DNA from: Acidobacteriota bacterium
Lineage (GTDB): Bacteria > Acidobacteriota > Vicinamibacteria > Vicinamibacterales > 2-12-FULL-66-21
Length of the DNA stretch: 59,963 bases
Direction of reading: 5' to 3'
Assembly: GCA_003223835.1 (NCBI GenBank)
Contig: QHWR01000094.1
Location: 1-59,963, forward strand
In this document: positions 22,235 through 30,688 of the stretch, piece by piece
Layout: every line of letters starts with the position of its first letter
How positions within the stretch are numbered: position 1 is the first letter of the stretch
The notes under the pieces: generated by a model
Seen by the model: only the letters and a program-made list of their open reading frames with translations
Told to the model about the DNA's origin: nothing
The model's database searches: none
Translations under genes and position numbers: made by a program

Positions 22235-23547
22235 CGCTTCCTGCTCTTCCACGCCTCGATCCTCTCGCGGATCGTACGCTCGAAGCCTCTGTCGGTCGGC
22301 TGGTAGAAGCGGCGATCCTTGTGTGCCGGCGGCAGGCACTCCATGTCGGCGACGCCCGCCGCTTCGTCGTGCGCGTAGCGGTATCCCTTCCCGTAATCCA
22401 ATTGCTTCATCAGGCCGGTCGGCGCGTTGCGCAGGTGCAGCGGAACGGGCTCGGCGAGTTCCTGACCCGCGGCTTCGGCGGCGTCGCCGTACGCGCGGTA
22501 CACGGCGTTGCTCTTGGGGGCCGTCGCGAGATAGATCGCCGCCTGCGCGAGCGCCGTGTTGCCCTCGGGCATGCCGATGAAGTGGACGGCGTCCCTGGCG
22601 GCGACCGCGATGGTGAGCGCCTGAGGGTCGGCGTTGCCGATGTCTTCCGACGCGAACCGCACGAGACGCCGCGCGACGTAGAGTGGATCTTCTCCCGCCT
22701 CGAGCATGCGGGCGAGCCAGTACACCGACGCGTCCGGGTCCGAGTTGCGCATCGACTTGTGCAGCGCCGAGATCAGGTTGTAGTGCTCCTCGCCCGTTTT
22801 GTCGTAGAGCAGCGCGCGCCGCTGGACGAGATCCGCGACGAACGCCGCGTCGATCGCGCGGCCGTCCGCCGAGGCCGCGGCCATCTCGAGCACGTTGAGC
22901 GCGATCCGCGCGTCGCCGTTCGCGTACGTTCCGATCGCCGCCAGGCCATCGTCCGTGTACTGGATCCCCTGTGCGCCCAGCCCGCGCTCGGTGTCGGTGG
23001 CGGCACGGCGCAGGATCGTCACCACCGCCTCGCGCGTGAGCGGCTGCAGGACGTACACCTTCGAGCGCGACAGGAGCGCCGAGTTCACCTCGAACGACGG
23101 ATTCTCGGTCGTCGCGCCGATGAGGACGATGTCGCCGGACTCGACGCGGGGGAGAAAAGCGTCCTGCTGCGCCTTGTTGAAGCGATGGATTTCGTCGATG
23201 AAGAGAATGGTGCGGCGGCCGGAGCGGCGCCGCGCCTGCTCCGCCTCCGCCATCACGTCACGAATCTCCTTGATGCCGGACAGCACCGCGCTGAACGCGA
23301 CGAAGTGCGCGTGCGTGACGTTCGCGATGACGCGCGCCAGCGTCGTCTTGCCGGTGCCGGGCGGTCCCCACAGGATGATCGACCGTAGACGGTCGTGCTC
23401 GATGGCGTCGCGCAGCGGCCGTCCGGGCGCGATCAGCGGCTCCTGGCCGACGAATTCGTCGAGCGTGCGCGGGCGCATCCGCTGCGCGAGCGGCGCCTCG
23501 GGATCGACGGCGGGTCGCGGGGCCGGTTCGTCCTCGAACAGGTTCAT
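22231..23547 (-). CDS. rarA: Replication-associated recombination protein A (RarA/MgsA AAA+ ATPase)
   Basis: PLAQRMRP, WGPPGTGKTT, DEIHRFNKAQQD, GATTENPSFE, ISALHKSMRNSD, PVPLHLRNAPT. Confidence 0.96.
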   Translation of the reverse strand: MNLFEDEPAPRPAVDPEAPLAQRMRPRTLDEFVGQEPLIAPGRPLRDAIEHDRLRSIILWGPPGTGKTTLARVIANVTHAHFVAFSAVLSGIKEIRDVMAEAEQARRRSGRRTILFIDEIHRFNKAQQDAFLPRVESGDIVLIGATTENPSFEVNSALLSRSKVYVLQPLTREAVVTILRRAATDTERGLGAQGIQYTDDGLAAIGTYANGDARIALNVLEMAAASADGRAIDAAFVADLVQRRALLYDKTGEEHYNLISALHKSMRNSDPDASVYWLARMLEAGEDPLYVARRLVRFASEDIGNADPQALTIAVAARDAVHFIGMPEGNTALAQAAIYLATAPKSNAVYRAYGDAAEAAGQELAEPVPLHLRNAPTGLMKQLDYGKGYRYAHDEAAGVADMECLPPAHKDRRFYQPTDRGFERTIRERIEAWKSRKR

Positions 23548-23561
23548 GATCTATACGACTT

Positions 23562-23606
23562 ATCTGTGTACATCTGTGTTCATCTGTGGCTTGTGTTCAT
23601 CTGTGG
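23562..23606. repeat. 9-nt repeat array (ATCTGTGTT-type) overlapping the TrmH-family stop codon
   Basis: atctgtgtacatctgtgttcatctgtggc..gtgttcatctgtgg; same family as 8113-8141. Confidence 0.8.
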
Positions 23607-24404
23607 GCCGCCGCGCTGGCGCGAGCCTTCGTAGAGCAGCAGCGCCGCGGCGACGGCGACGTTCAGCGATTCGATCGGCGGGCGCATCGGGATCGTCACT
23701 TCTTCATCGGCGGCGGCGAGCATCGTGTCGGTGACGCCGGCGCCCTCCGCGCCCAGCAACAGCGCGACGGGCGACCGCAGGTCCACGCGCGGGAGCGGCG
23801 TGCCGTCGCGCGGAACGGCGGCGATCAGCCGGACGCCGCGCTCCCGCGCCGCCGCGATGACGTCGAGGAGCGATCCGCGTTGCACCACCGGCAGCCGGAA
23901 CGTGCCGCCCATCGCGCCGCGGAGCGCCTTCCAGCCGAACGGGTTCGCGGTGCCTTCGATCGCGACGAGGCCGGTCGCGCCGCACGCCGCGGCGGTCCGG
24001 ACGATCGCGCCGACGTTGCCGGGATCCTGCAGCCCCGCGAGCACCGCGATCAACTGCGGCGCCGCGGCGAACACGTCGTCGAGCCGCGCGGCCGGCGCGC
24101 GGCCGATCGCGACGACGCCCGACGGATGCTGTACGGGGCTGATGGCCGCGAGCACGCGATCGCTGACGCTGATGACGCGCCCGCCACCGCGCGCCACAGC
24201 CGCGGCGATGTCCGCCGTTTCGCCGGCGGTCATCTGCCGATCGGCGAATGCGGCCATCTCGACCGTCACGCCCGCCACGAGCGCCTCATGGACGAGATGC
24301 GCGCCGTCGAGCAGCACTTCCGCGTCGCGGGCTCCGCCGCCCGCGCGCGACAGCTCCCGAAAGCGCTTCACGATCGGATTCTGCCGGCTCGTAATCCGCT
24401 CCAT
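23580..24404 (-). CDS. TrmH/SpoU family RNA methyltransferase
   Basis: ITSRQNP, LQDPGNVGAIVRTA, LGAEGAG, IPM...ESLNVAVAAALLLYE. Confidence 0.93.
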   Translation of the reverse strand: MERITSRQNPIVKRFRELSRAGGGARDAEVLLDGAHLVHEALVAGVTVEMAAFADRQMTAGETADIAAAVARGGGRVISVSDRVLAAISPVQHPSGVVAIGRAPAARLDDVFAAAPQLIAVLAGLQDPGNVGAIVRTAAACGATGLVAIEGTANPFGWKALRGAMGGTFRLPVVQRGSLLDVIAAARERGVRLIAAVPRDGTPLPRVDLRSPVALLLGAEGAGVTDTMLAAADEEVTIPMRPPIESLNVAVAAALLLYEGSRQRGGPQMNTSHR

Positions 24405-24422
24405 CGGGCTCTATTATGGGCC

Positions 24423-24491
24423 GCCTTCCGCCTGAAGGCGGAAGCCACGCATCGCGCGCGGCCCAGTGGCTTCCGTCTTCAGGCGGAAGGC
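24423..24491. repeat. REP doublet between the divergent TrmH-family gene and greA
   Basis: gccttccgcctgaaggcggaagccac ... gtggcttccgtcttcaggcggaaggc. Confidence 0.9.
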
Positions 24492-24532
24492 ATTCCCCAC
24501 CGCAGACTCGTGGCTGGAAGGCGGCGCTTTTC

Positions 24533-24541
24533 TGCTACGAT
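24533..24541 (+). promoter_or_regulatory. Extended -10 promoter of a probably leaderless greA transcript
   Basis: TGcTACGAT followed by 6 nt and the GTG start; no SD. Confidence 0.55.
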
Positions 24542-24547
24542 TGCGGC

Positions 24548-25015
24548 GTGAAGGACCGGATTCTCCGGAAATTCGGCGACGAGATCGCGCAGCTCGAGCG
24601 CGAGCTGAAGACCGAGCTGCCGAAAGAGATCAAGCGCGCGCGCGAGCTGGGCGACCTGCGCGAAAACGCGGAGTACCAGGCGGCGAAAGAACGCCAGCGG
24701 CTCGTCGAAGCGCGGATCAGCCAGTTGGCGAAGCGCGTCAGTGAGATCTCGCTGATGAACCTCGACCGCATTCCGCACGGCAAGGTCGGGTTTGGATCGA
24801 CCGTCGATCTCAAAGACGAAAGCGGCCAGACGATCGTCTATCGGCTCGTGATGCCCGAGGACGCGAACGCCGACGCCGGCCTCATCTCGACCGCGTCGCC
24901 GATCGGCCGGTCGCTTCTGAACAAGGAAGAGGGAGACGAGGTCGTGGTGAAGACGCCGAACGGCGGGGAGCGCCACTTCCTCGTCGTCAAGCTCGTGACC
25001 ATTCACGACGAGTAG
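24548..25015 (+). CDS. greA: Transcription elongation factor GreA
   Basis: ARELGDLRENAEYQAAKE, GFGSTV, ISTASPIGRSLL; GTG 24548 gives 155 aa. Confidence 0.93.
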   Translation: MKDRILRKFGDEIAQLERELKTELPKEIKRARELGDLRENAEYQAAKERQRLVEARISQLAKRVSEISLMNLDRIPHGKVGFGSTVDLKDESGQTIVYRLVMPEDANADAGLISTASPIGRSLLNKEEGDEVVVKTPNGGERHFLVVKLVTIHDE

Positions 25016-25036
25016 CGAGGCCCATCCGGCCGGCCT

Positions 25037-26458
25037 GTGATCACTCCTGATTCTCCGGACCGCCAGTACTCGACGCGTTTACGCACGGCGCTCGTGCTGA
25101 GCGGGAGCGGCACGGCCGGCGCCTATCACGCCGGGGTGCTGCGCGCGCTGCACGAAGCTGGCGTTCGCGTCGACCTCGTCGCGGGGCGCGGGATCTGCGC
25201 GGCGGGGGCCATGTTCGCCGCCGTCGACGGCGGACAGCGGCTGTGGGAGAAGGACGGCATCTGGAAGTCGTCCGCGACCGCGCGCGCGTACGGCTGGCGG
25301 CGGCCGCTCCGATTCACCGGCGCGGCGCTCGTGGCGGCCGCGGCGTTTCTCTGCGTGCCGCTCGTGCCGGTGGCCTTCGGCGTCGTCGCCGGCATCGTCG
25401 GCATCCTGTTGACGATGGCGGGGCTGAAGGACGCGTCGGGCGCGTTGACCAGCGCGTTCGCCCGGTGGCTCGACTGGCTGTTTTCTCCCGACGTCCTGCC
25501 GACGATCATTCCGCGTCTCGTCTTCGTGTGCGTGCTCGTCGCGGTCGCGACGCTCGCGGCGGGCGTCGCCGCCGATTACCTGCGTCAGCCGGCGCGGCGG
25601 CGGGTGCGTCGCGGGGCCGCCGGCTGGTTCGTGGGGGCGCCGCTCACGGCCGATTCGCTGCTGGATCGCTGCGCCACTGAACTCTGGAATCTCATTCGCG
25701 GCGCGGCTCCGGTCGCCGCACCGGCACGCAGGGAGCTGGGCCGCAAGTACGTCGAGCTGCTGAACGAGAATCTTGGCCAGCCCGGTTTCCGCGAGCTGCT
25801 GGTCGTTGTGCACGACATGGACGCCCGTCGCGACTTCGTATTCGCCTTGCTGGCCGACAGCGAGCGCGCGCGGTTCTTCGCGCGGCCGGCGCCGGACGGC
25901 GGCCGGCAGGCGGAGGCGTTCGACCTGGCCGCGATCGGCCGCGACCATGCATTCGATGCGCTCGCGGCGAGCCTGCGCGTGCCGCTCGCGACCGATCCGC
26001 AACTCGTCACGCTGTCCGCGGAAGGGCCGTGGCGCGGCGAGACGCACCGCCTGTGCGATCGCCCGGGTTCGGTGGCGCGCGTGCTCGAGGAGGTCGCGGC
26101 GGCCGGCGTGGAGCAGGCCATCATCGTATCGGCCGCGCCGCCAGCCGGCCGGCCGCACGAGCTGAGCTCGGGCCGCGGCGATCTGCGAGGGCGCACGGGC
26201 GAGATGCTGGCCGCGCACGAGACCGCCGTCCTGCGCGATGCGGTCGGAGCGTGTCAGGGGCGGTTCGCCGCCATTTACCTGATTCGACCGTCGCACAATC
26301 CACTCGGCCCGCTGGATTTCGCCGGCGTCTACGACGAACGGTCGGACCGCCAGCACGGCGTCGGCGAACTGGTGGACCGCGGGTACGAGGACGCGTACCG
26401 CCAGTTCATCGAGCCGGTCGTCGCGGCAAGCGGCGAGCGCATCCAAGTCCAATCGTGA
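25037..26458 (+). CDS. Patatin-like membrane protein, catalytic motif degenerate
   Basis: ALVLSGSGTAGAYHAGVLRAL glycine loop; AGRGICA where GxSxG is expected; three hydrophobic segments inserted. Confidence 0.7.
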   Translation: MITPDSPDRQYSTRLRTALVLSGSGTAGAYHAGVLRALHEAGVRVDLVAGRGICAAGAMFAAVDGGQRLWEKDGIWKSSATARAYGWRRPLRFTGAALVAAAAFLCVPLVPVAFGVVAGIVGILLTMAGLKDASGALTSAFARWLDWLFSPDVLPTIIPRLVFVCVLVAVATLAAGVAADYLRQPARRRVRRGAAGWFVGAPLTADSLLDRCATELWNLIRGAAPVAAPARRELGRKYVELLNENLGQPGFRELLVVVHDMDARRDFVFALLADSERARFFARPAPDGGRQAEAFDLAAIGRDHAFDALAASLRVPLATDPQLVTLSAEGPWRGETHRLCDRPGSVARVLEEVAAAGVEQAIIVSAAPPAGRPHELSSGRGDLRGRTGEMLAAHETAVLRDAVGACQGRFAAIYLIRPSHNPLGPLDFAGVYDERSDRQHGVGELVDRGYEDAYRQFIEPVVAASGERIQVQS

Positions 26459-26495
26459 ATTGGCGAAGCCCTGAATCCGTGAATGAGTGGATGAT
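26456..26495. repeat. Degenerate 8-nt period array (TGAATnnn)
   Basis: tgaattgg cgaagccc tgaatccg tgaatgag tggatgat. Confidence 0.5.
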
Positions 26496-26501
26496 GTACC
26501 C

Positions 26502-27662
26502 ATGAAGTCCGCGACCGAGATCATTCATCGTGGCGAAGGTGTCAACCGCAACGCGGCGCCGCTGACGACGCCGATCTACGAGACCACGACGTTCGTGTTC
26601 GACACGGCGGCGGAGGTCCAGGCGTACAACGAAGGGAAGTCGCCGAAATTCCTCTATTCGCGTTACAGCAATCCGACCGTCCAGGCGGTCGAGCAGACGA
26701 TTGCGGCGCTCGAACTCGCCGACACCGCGCTGCTGCTCTCGAGCGGCATGGCGGCGACCGCGACAGCTCTCCTGGCGCTGGTCAAATCGGCAGACGAGAT
26801 CGTGTGCAGCGCCGCCATCTACGGCGGGACGCTCCACCTGCTCGCGGACATGCTGCCCGATTTCGGCATCATCACGAGGTTTGCGTCGCTCGAGGAGCTG
26901 GCCGCGCCCGAGCGCGTGCTTGGCGACAAGACGAAAGTGCTCTGGTTCGAGTCGCCGATCAACCCGACGCTGCGCTGCGTGGACGTCGCGGCGATCGCGG
27001 CGGCATGCCGGCGGCGCCACGTCATCTCGATCATCGACAACACGTTCGCGAGCCCGATCAACCAGCAGCCGATCACGATGGACGTCGACATCGTCATGCA
27101 CAGCGTGACGAAATACCTCAACGGCCACAGCGACGTGACCGCCGGCGCGCTCGCGGGACCGTCGAGCCTGATGGCGCGCGTGGACAAGGCGCGCAGGATG
27201 CTCGGCACGATCCTCGATCCGTCGGCCGCGTACGCGATCGGCCGTGGACTGAAGACGCTGTCGGTGCGGGTGGAGCGTCACAACGCGAACGCGCTGGCCG
27301 TCGCCCGGTGGCTCGAGCGCGACAAGCGGGTCGCCAAGGTGTATTACCCAGGCCTCGAATCGCATCCCGACCACCAGCTCGCGAAGCGTCAGATGCGCGG
27401 GTTCGGCGGAATGGTCTGCGTCGATCTCGGCGGCGCCCAGGCGAACGCCGAACGGTTCTTCGATCGGCTGAAGGTCTTCAAGCGTGCCGCCAGCCTTGGC
27501 GGCGTGGAGAGCCTGTGCAGCCTGCCGGTGCTGACGTCGCAGTGGGGCCACACCGACGCGCAGCTCGTGAAAGCCGGCGTCACGCGCAGCATGGCGCGGC
27601 TGTCGATCGGCCTCGAGGACGCGGACGACTTGATCGCGGACCTCGATCAGGCGCTCGCGTAA
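26502..27662 (+). CDS. Cys/Met metabolism PLP-dependent enzyme (cystathionine gamma-synthase/lyase or methionine gamma-lyase family)
   Basis: YSRYSNPT, SSGMAA, ESPINP, DNTFASP, HSVTKYLNGHSD, AASLGGVESL, RLSIGLED. Confidence 0.92.
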   Translation: MKSATEIIHRGEGVNRNAAPLTTPIYETTTFVFDTAAEVQAYNEGKSPKFLYSRYSNPTVQAVEQTIAALELADTALLLSSGMAATATALLALVKSADEIVCSAAIYGGTLHLLADMLPDFGIITRFASLEELAAPERVLGDKTKVLWFESPINPTLRCVDVAAIAAACRRRHVISIIDNTFASPINQQPITMDVDIVMHSVTKYLNGHSDVTAGALAGPSSLMARVDKARRMLGTILDPSAAYAIGRGLKTLSVRVERHNANALAVARWLERDKRVAKVYYPGLESHPDHQLAKRQMRGFGGMVCVDLGGAQANAERFFDRLKVFKRAASLGGVESLCSLPVLTSQWGHTDAQLVKAGVTRSMARLSIGLEDADDLIADLDQALA

Positions 27663-27665
27663 CCG

Positions 27666-29648
27666 TCACCGCGCGGCGAAGCCTTCACGGAGCGACACGC
27701 GGCGGTACAGCTCGGCGTCGGTCGCAGGGTTTCCTTCGATCAGCAGATGTCCCAGCGCGTATTGGTCATTCCCTCCGGAAGGGAACACGACGATCGTGTC
27801 GAATCCGTTCGCGCTCGCGCGGGCGGGAATATCGGGCGTGTAGCGCGCGAGCCCCGGCTTGCGGCGGTATTCGGGGATCGGGCCGAGGTCCAGCGTGCTC
27901 AGAATCGTGTCGCGCTTCACGAAGATGAGCTGATACCGATCGTCTGAATCGAGCGAGACATCGAAATAGCGCCGCCCCGGCTCGTCCGGGCAGACGATGG
28001 CGAGCGGCTGCTTCAGGATGTGATTGCCTGCCGCGTTCCACGGCGTCCCCTCATCGCGCACCGTGGACAGTTCCTCGACCCGCACCAGCATCCCGCCGTT
28101 CCTGTAGAACGCCCGATTGATCAACCCGTCGTAGCGGCCGGCGTTCATGGCGAGGATGGCGCGCAGGCGTGCGCCGGAGAGGAGCGGCTGCGATCGCGTG
28201 ATCGTGCGCAGGTGTTCGTAGTATTCGTGAAGCGCGGGATCCTGAAGATTGTTGCCCAGCGTTTCGAGACTCTCGCGGTAGCCGGCAGGAATCATGCGCC
28301 GGTAGTGGCCGGTGCGCCACTCCGAGTTGAAGACCGCCGGGAGCCGCGCGAGCAGCGGATCCGCGAGCGCGCACTCGTCCAGCAGGTGCACGTACGGACC
28401 GAAGTCGACTCCGGCTGCGCCCATCAGGCCGCACGTGTCGAGCACGCGCAGACGCGGCGGCGGCAGCCTCGCCTTCGGCCAGTCCGGTTCCCTGAACGTG
28501 CCGCGCCTCGCGAACACCAGCGATCGATCGCGGAAGTACATCGCCCGTTCGTCGATGATGCCGCTCGGCTTCAATCCTTGATCGACAGGGCGGCTGTTGC
28601 TCCAAAGCGGCATGCGCGTCGCCGTCGTCCCGACCACCGCGAGCAGCACCGCCGCGGCGATCCACAACGTCCGCGCGCCCACCGCGACGCGCGACAACAG
28701 CAGGACGGCGGCGAACAACGGGACGGCGAGGAAACGGCCCGCCATGAAATCGCCGCCGATGGAGACGATGTATGCGAGGTAGAGCAGGAGGCCGAGCGCG
28801 AACGCACGCGCGGCCGGATTCCGCTCCACGAATGCGAGCGCCACGGCAAACCCGATCGTGACGAGCGTGACGGGGTCGCGATCGATGGAGTCGACGAGAT
28901 AGAGGAGGCCCTGGACCCGCAGCTCGGCGGAGTCGATCCCCATCCCGAGCTTCGCATATGCAGTATTCGGGAAAGGGAAACCGTAGTAGATCAGCGCGAA
29001 CGCGGCCCAGATGATTGCCGGCAGTATGCCGACGAGCACCGCGGATGCGACGACGCGAGCGCGCCGCACGCGCCAGGACGCGAACGCCAGCGCCGGCGCC
29101 ACGAACAGGACGTCGTCGGGCCGGGTGAGATACAGCAGCGCGCCGAGGGTCCACAACGCCGTGAGCCACCGGCGCCGCTCCAGTCGATCGTCGAGAAACA
29201 GCAGGACGAAAGCGGCGAGCAGCAGGTTGGACAGCGGATTCTCGAGGCCCGACGTCGAGAAATCGACGAACGCCTGAGACCCGAGGAGCGCGACGGCGGC
29301 CACGGCGGCTTGCGCGGGCGTCGCTGCGCGCGTCAACGCGTGCCAGAACACGATGACGGAGAAGGCGATCGACAACAGGAACGTCGAGGCGTAGATGTTG
29401 CCGACCGCGAGATAGACGAGCGTGATGAGCCCGAGCCACAGCGGATGCGTGAACGTCTGCACGCGCTCGGCGACGTTGAACCGCAGCCCAAACCCGTGCG
29501 TCACGTTCAGCACCGTCCGCAGCGTGATCGCTCCGTCGTCGCTCATCCACGCCGTCCGGATGAGGACCGCGAGAAACACGAGCGTGACGAGGGCGAACAG
29601 AGGACGAAGCAGACGCGTGGGCGTTTGTGCGGCAGCGGCGGAAGTGAT
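27666..29648 (-). CDS. GT-C fold membrane glycosyltransferase (AftB-like); start uncertain (GTG 29579 or ATC 29648)
   Basis: AWMSDD..ITLR...RFNVAERVQTFTHPLW, TSGLENPL, PNTAYAK, GGDFMAGRF; many TM helices; frame stays open upstream of 29579. Confidence 0.75.
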   Translation of the reverse strand: MTSAAAAQTPTRLLRPLFALVTLVFLAVLIRTAWMSDDGAITLRTVLNVTHGFGLRFNVAERVQTFTHPLWLGLITLVYLAVGNIYASTFLLSIAFSVIVFWHALTRAATPAQAAVAAVALLGSQAFVDFSTSGLENPLSNLLLAAFVLLFLDDRLERRRWLTALWTLGALLYLTRPDDVLFVAPALAFASWRVRRARVVASAVLVGILPAIIWAAFALIYYGFPFPNTAYAKLGMGIDSAELRVQGLLYLVDSIDRDPVTLVTIGFAVALAFVERNPAARAFALGLLLYLAYIVSIGGDFMAGRFLAVPLFAAVLLLSRVAVGARTLWIAAAVLLAVVGTTATRMPLWSNSRPVDQGLKPSGIIDERAMYFRDRSLVFARRGTFREPDWPKARLPPPRLRVLDTCGLMGAAGVDFGPYVHLLDECALADPLLARLPAVFNSEWRTGHYRRMIPAGYRESLETLGNNLQDPALHEYYEHLRTITRSQPLLSGARLRAILAMNAGRYDGLINRAFYRNGGMLVRVEELSTVRDEGTPWNAAGNHILKQPLAIVCPDEPGRRYFDVSLDSDDRYQLIFVKRDTILSTLDLGPIPEYRRKPGLARYTPDIPARASANGFDTIVVFPSGGNDQYALGHLLIEGNPATDAELYRRVSLREGFAAR

Positions 29649-29659
29649 GTGCGGATGGT

Positions 29660-29694
29660 AAGGCGGAAAGCGGAAAACGGAAAGCGGAAAGCGC
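29660..29694. repeat. Heptamer array (AAAGCGG)x5
   Basis: aaggcgg aaagcgg aaaacgg aaagcgg aaagcgc. Confidence 0.85.
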
Positions 29695-29728
29695 GGTCGC
29701 GCAGATCGATTGCGGGCGTCCCGCGCGA

Positions 29729-30562
29729 TCAGCGCTGGAGCCCATCCGCCGTCCGCGCGTCGGCGGCGACGGCCTTCATCGCGCGAAGCGCGAATTCCAG
29801 AAGGTCCGGCGACTCGAGCAGAAACGAGCGTGCGCTGCCAACAGAGCCGCCATCGTTTCCAGTCTGCGCGAGATAGGCGTCGACGAGCCGAGCGAAGAAA
29901 CGATCGGGCCAGTTCGGGTGCGCCCCCTTTTCCGACGTATCGAACTCCTCCATGTCGCGCCAGACACGCGTGCCGTGCTCGAGAACAGGCACCTTGTACC
30001 GCGCGACGCGTTTACCCGGGATTTCGACGACGTGCTCGGCGTAATGGAGGAACGTGACGGTGTCGTGATCGCAGCCGAGCAATAGAATCCTGCCTTCCAT
30101 CGTCACGAAGCGATCGAGAACGGAGCCGCGGCCGAAGGCGTAGTTCCAGGGTTGACTCGAGATCAGTTCGTCAGCACGCCTGCCCCATGCCACGAATCGC
30201 GCGACGTGCGCGTTGACGATCGATCCCGGATACGTCCGAAAGAACTCGACCAGCGCGCCGTTCTCGCGCTGCGCTCTTGCCGTCAGCGGGTCGAACGCCG
30301 GAAGCTTCTCCACAAGCTCCCGCTCCTGCTCCGGCGTGAGGTTGCCGCGGCCGATTTCGTCGTAGTGCGCCGGACAGCTCGCGTACATGATTAGCGTGCC
30401 GTCCGGCGTCAGCGCCTCCTTCAGCGCAAGATGGATCTGGTCCGGTCCGCCGGCCACCGGTCCGGCCGCACGCACGGAAGCGTGCAACATGACAACGTCG
30501 CCAGCCGAAACGCCCAGCCGCCGGAAACCATCCGCGAGTTCCTGCCGCGAATACATCGACAC
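29729..30562 (-). CDS. AAC(3) family aminoglycoside N3-acetyltransferase homologue
   Basis: LGV..GDVVMLHASV, PAFDP, GALVEFFRT, ILLLG...TVTFLHYAEH. Confidence 0.85.
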   Translation of the reverse strand: MSMYSRQELADGFRRLGVSAGDVVMLHASVRAAGPVAGGPDQIHLALKEALTPDGTLIMYASCPAHYDEIGRGNLTPEQERELVEKLPAFDPLTARAQRENGALVEFFRTYPGSIVNAHVARFVAWGRRADELISSQPWNYAFGRGSVLDRFVTMEGRILLLGCDHDTVTFLHYAEHVVEIPGKRVARYKVPVLEHGTRVWRDMEEFDTSEKGAHPNWPDRFFARLVDAYLAQTGNDGGSVGSARSFLLESPDLLEFALRAMKAVAADARTADGLQR

Positions 30563-30576
30563 AGATTGTAGTGGCC

Positions 30577-30688
30577 GGACGCAGCACGCGGGACGCGGGA
30601 CCCGGGACGCGGGACCCGGGACGCGGGACTCGGGACCCGGGACGTGGGACTCGGGACTCGGGACTAGCGACTAGGGACCAGGGACTTC
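30577..30688. repeat. Sixteen heptamer units (GGACNCG-like)
   Basis: ggacgcg ggacccg ggacgcg ggacccg ggacgcg ggactcg ... ggactag cgactag ggaccag; strict 7-nt phase; overlaps the DHH stop codon. Confidence 0.92.

Noticed and set aside
30577-30688. Long repeat array as CRISPR or as coding sequence of ORF 30571-32604
   Set aside because: Pure 7-nt period without spacers; the ORF is the antisense shadow of the DHH gene
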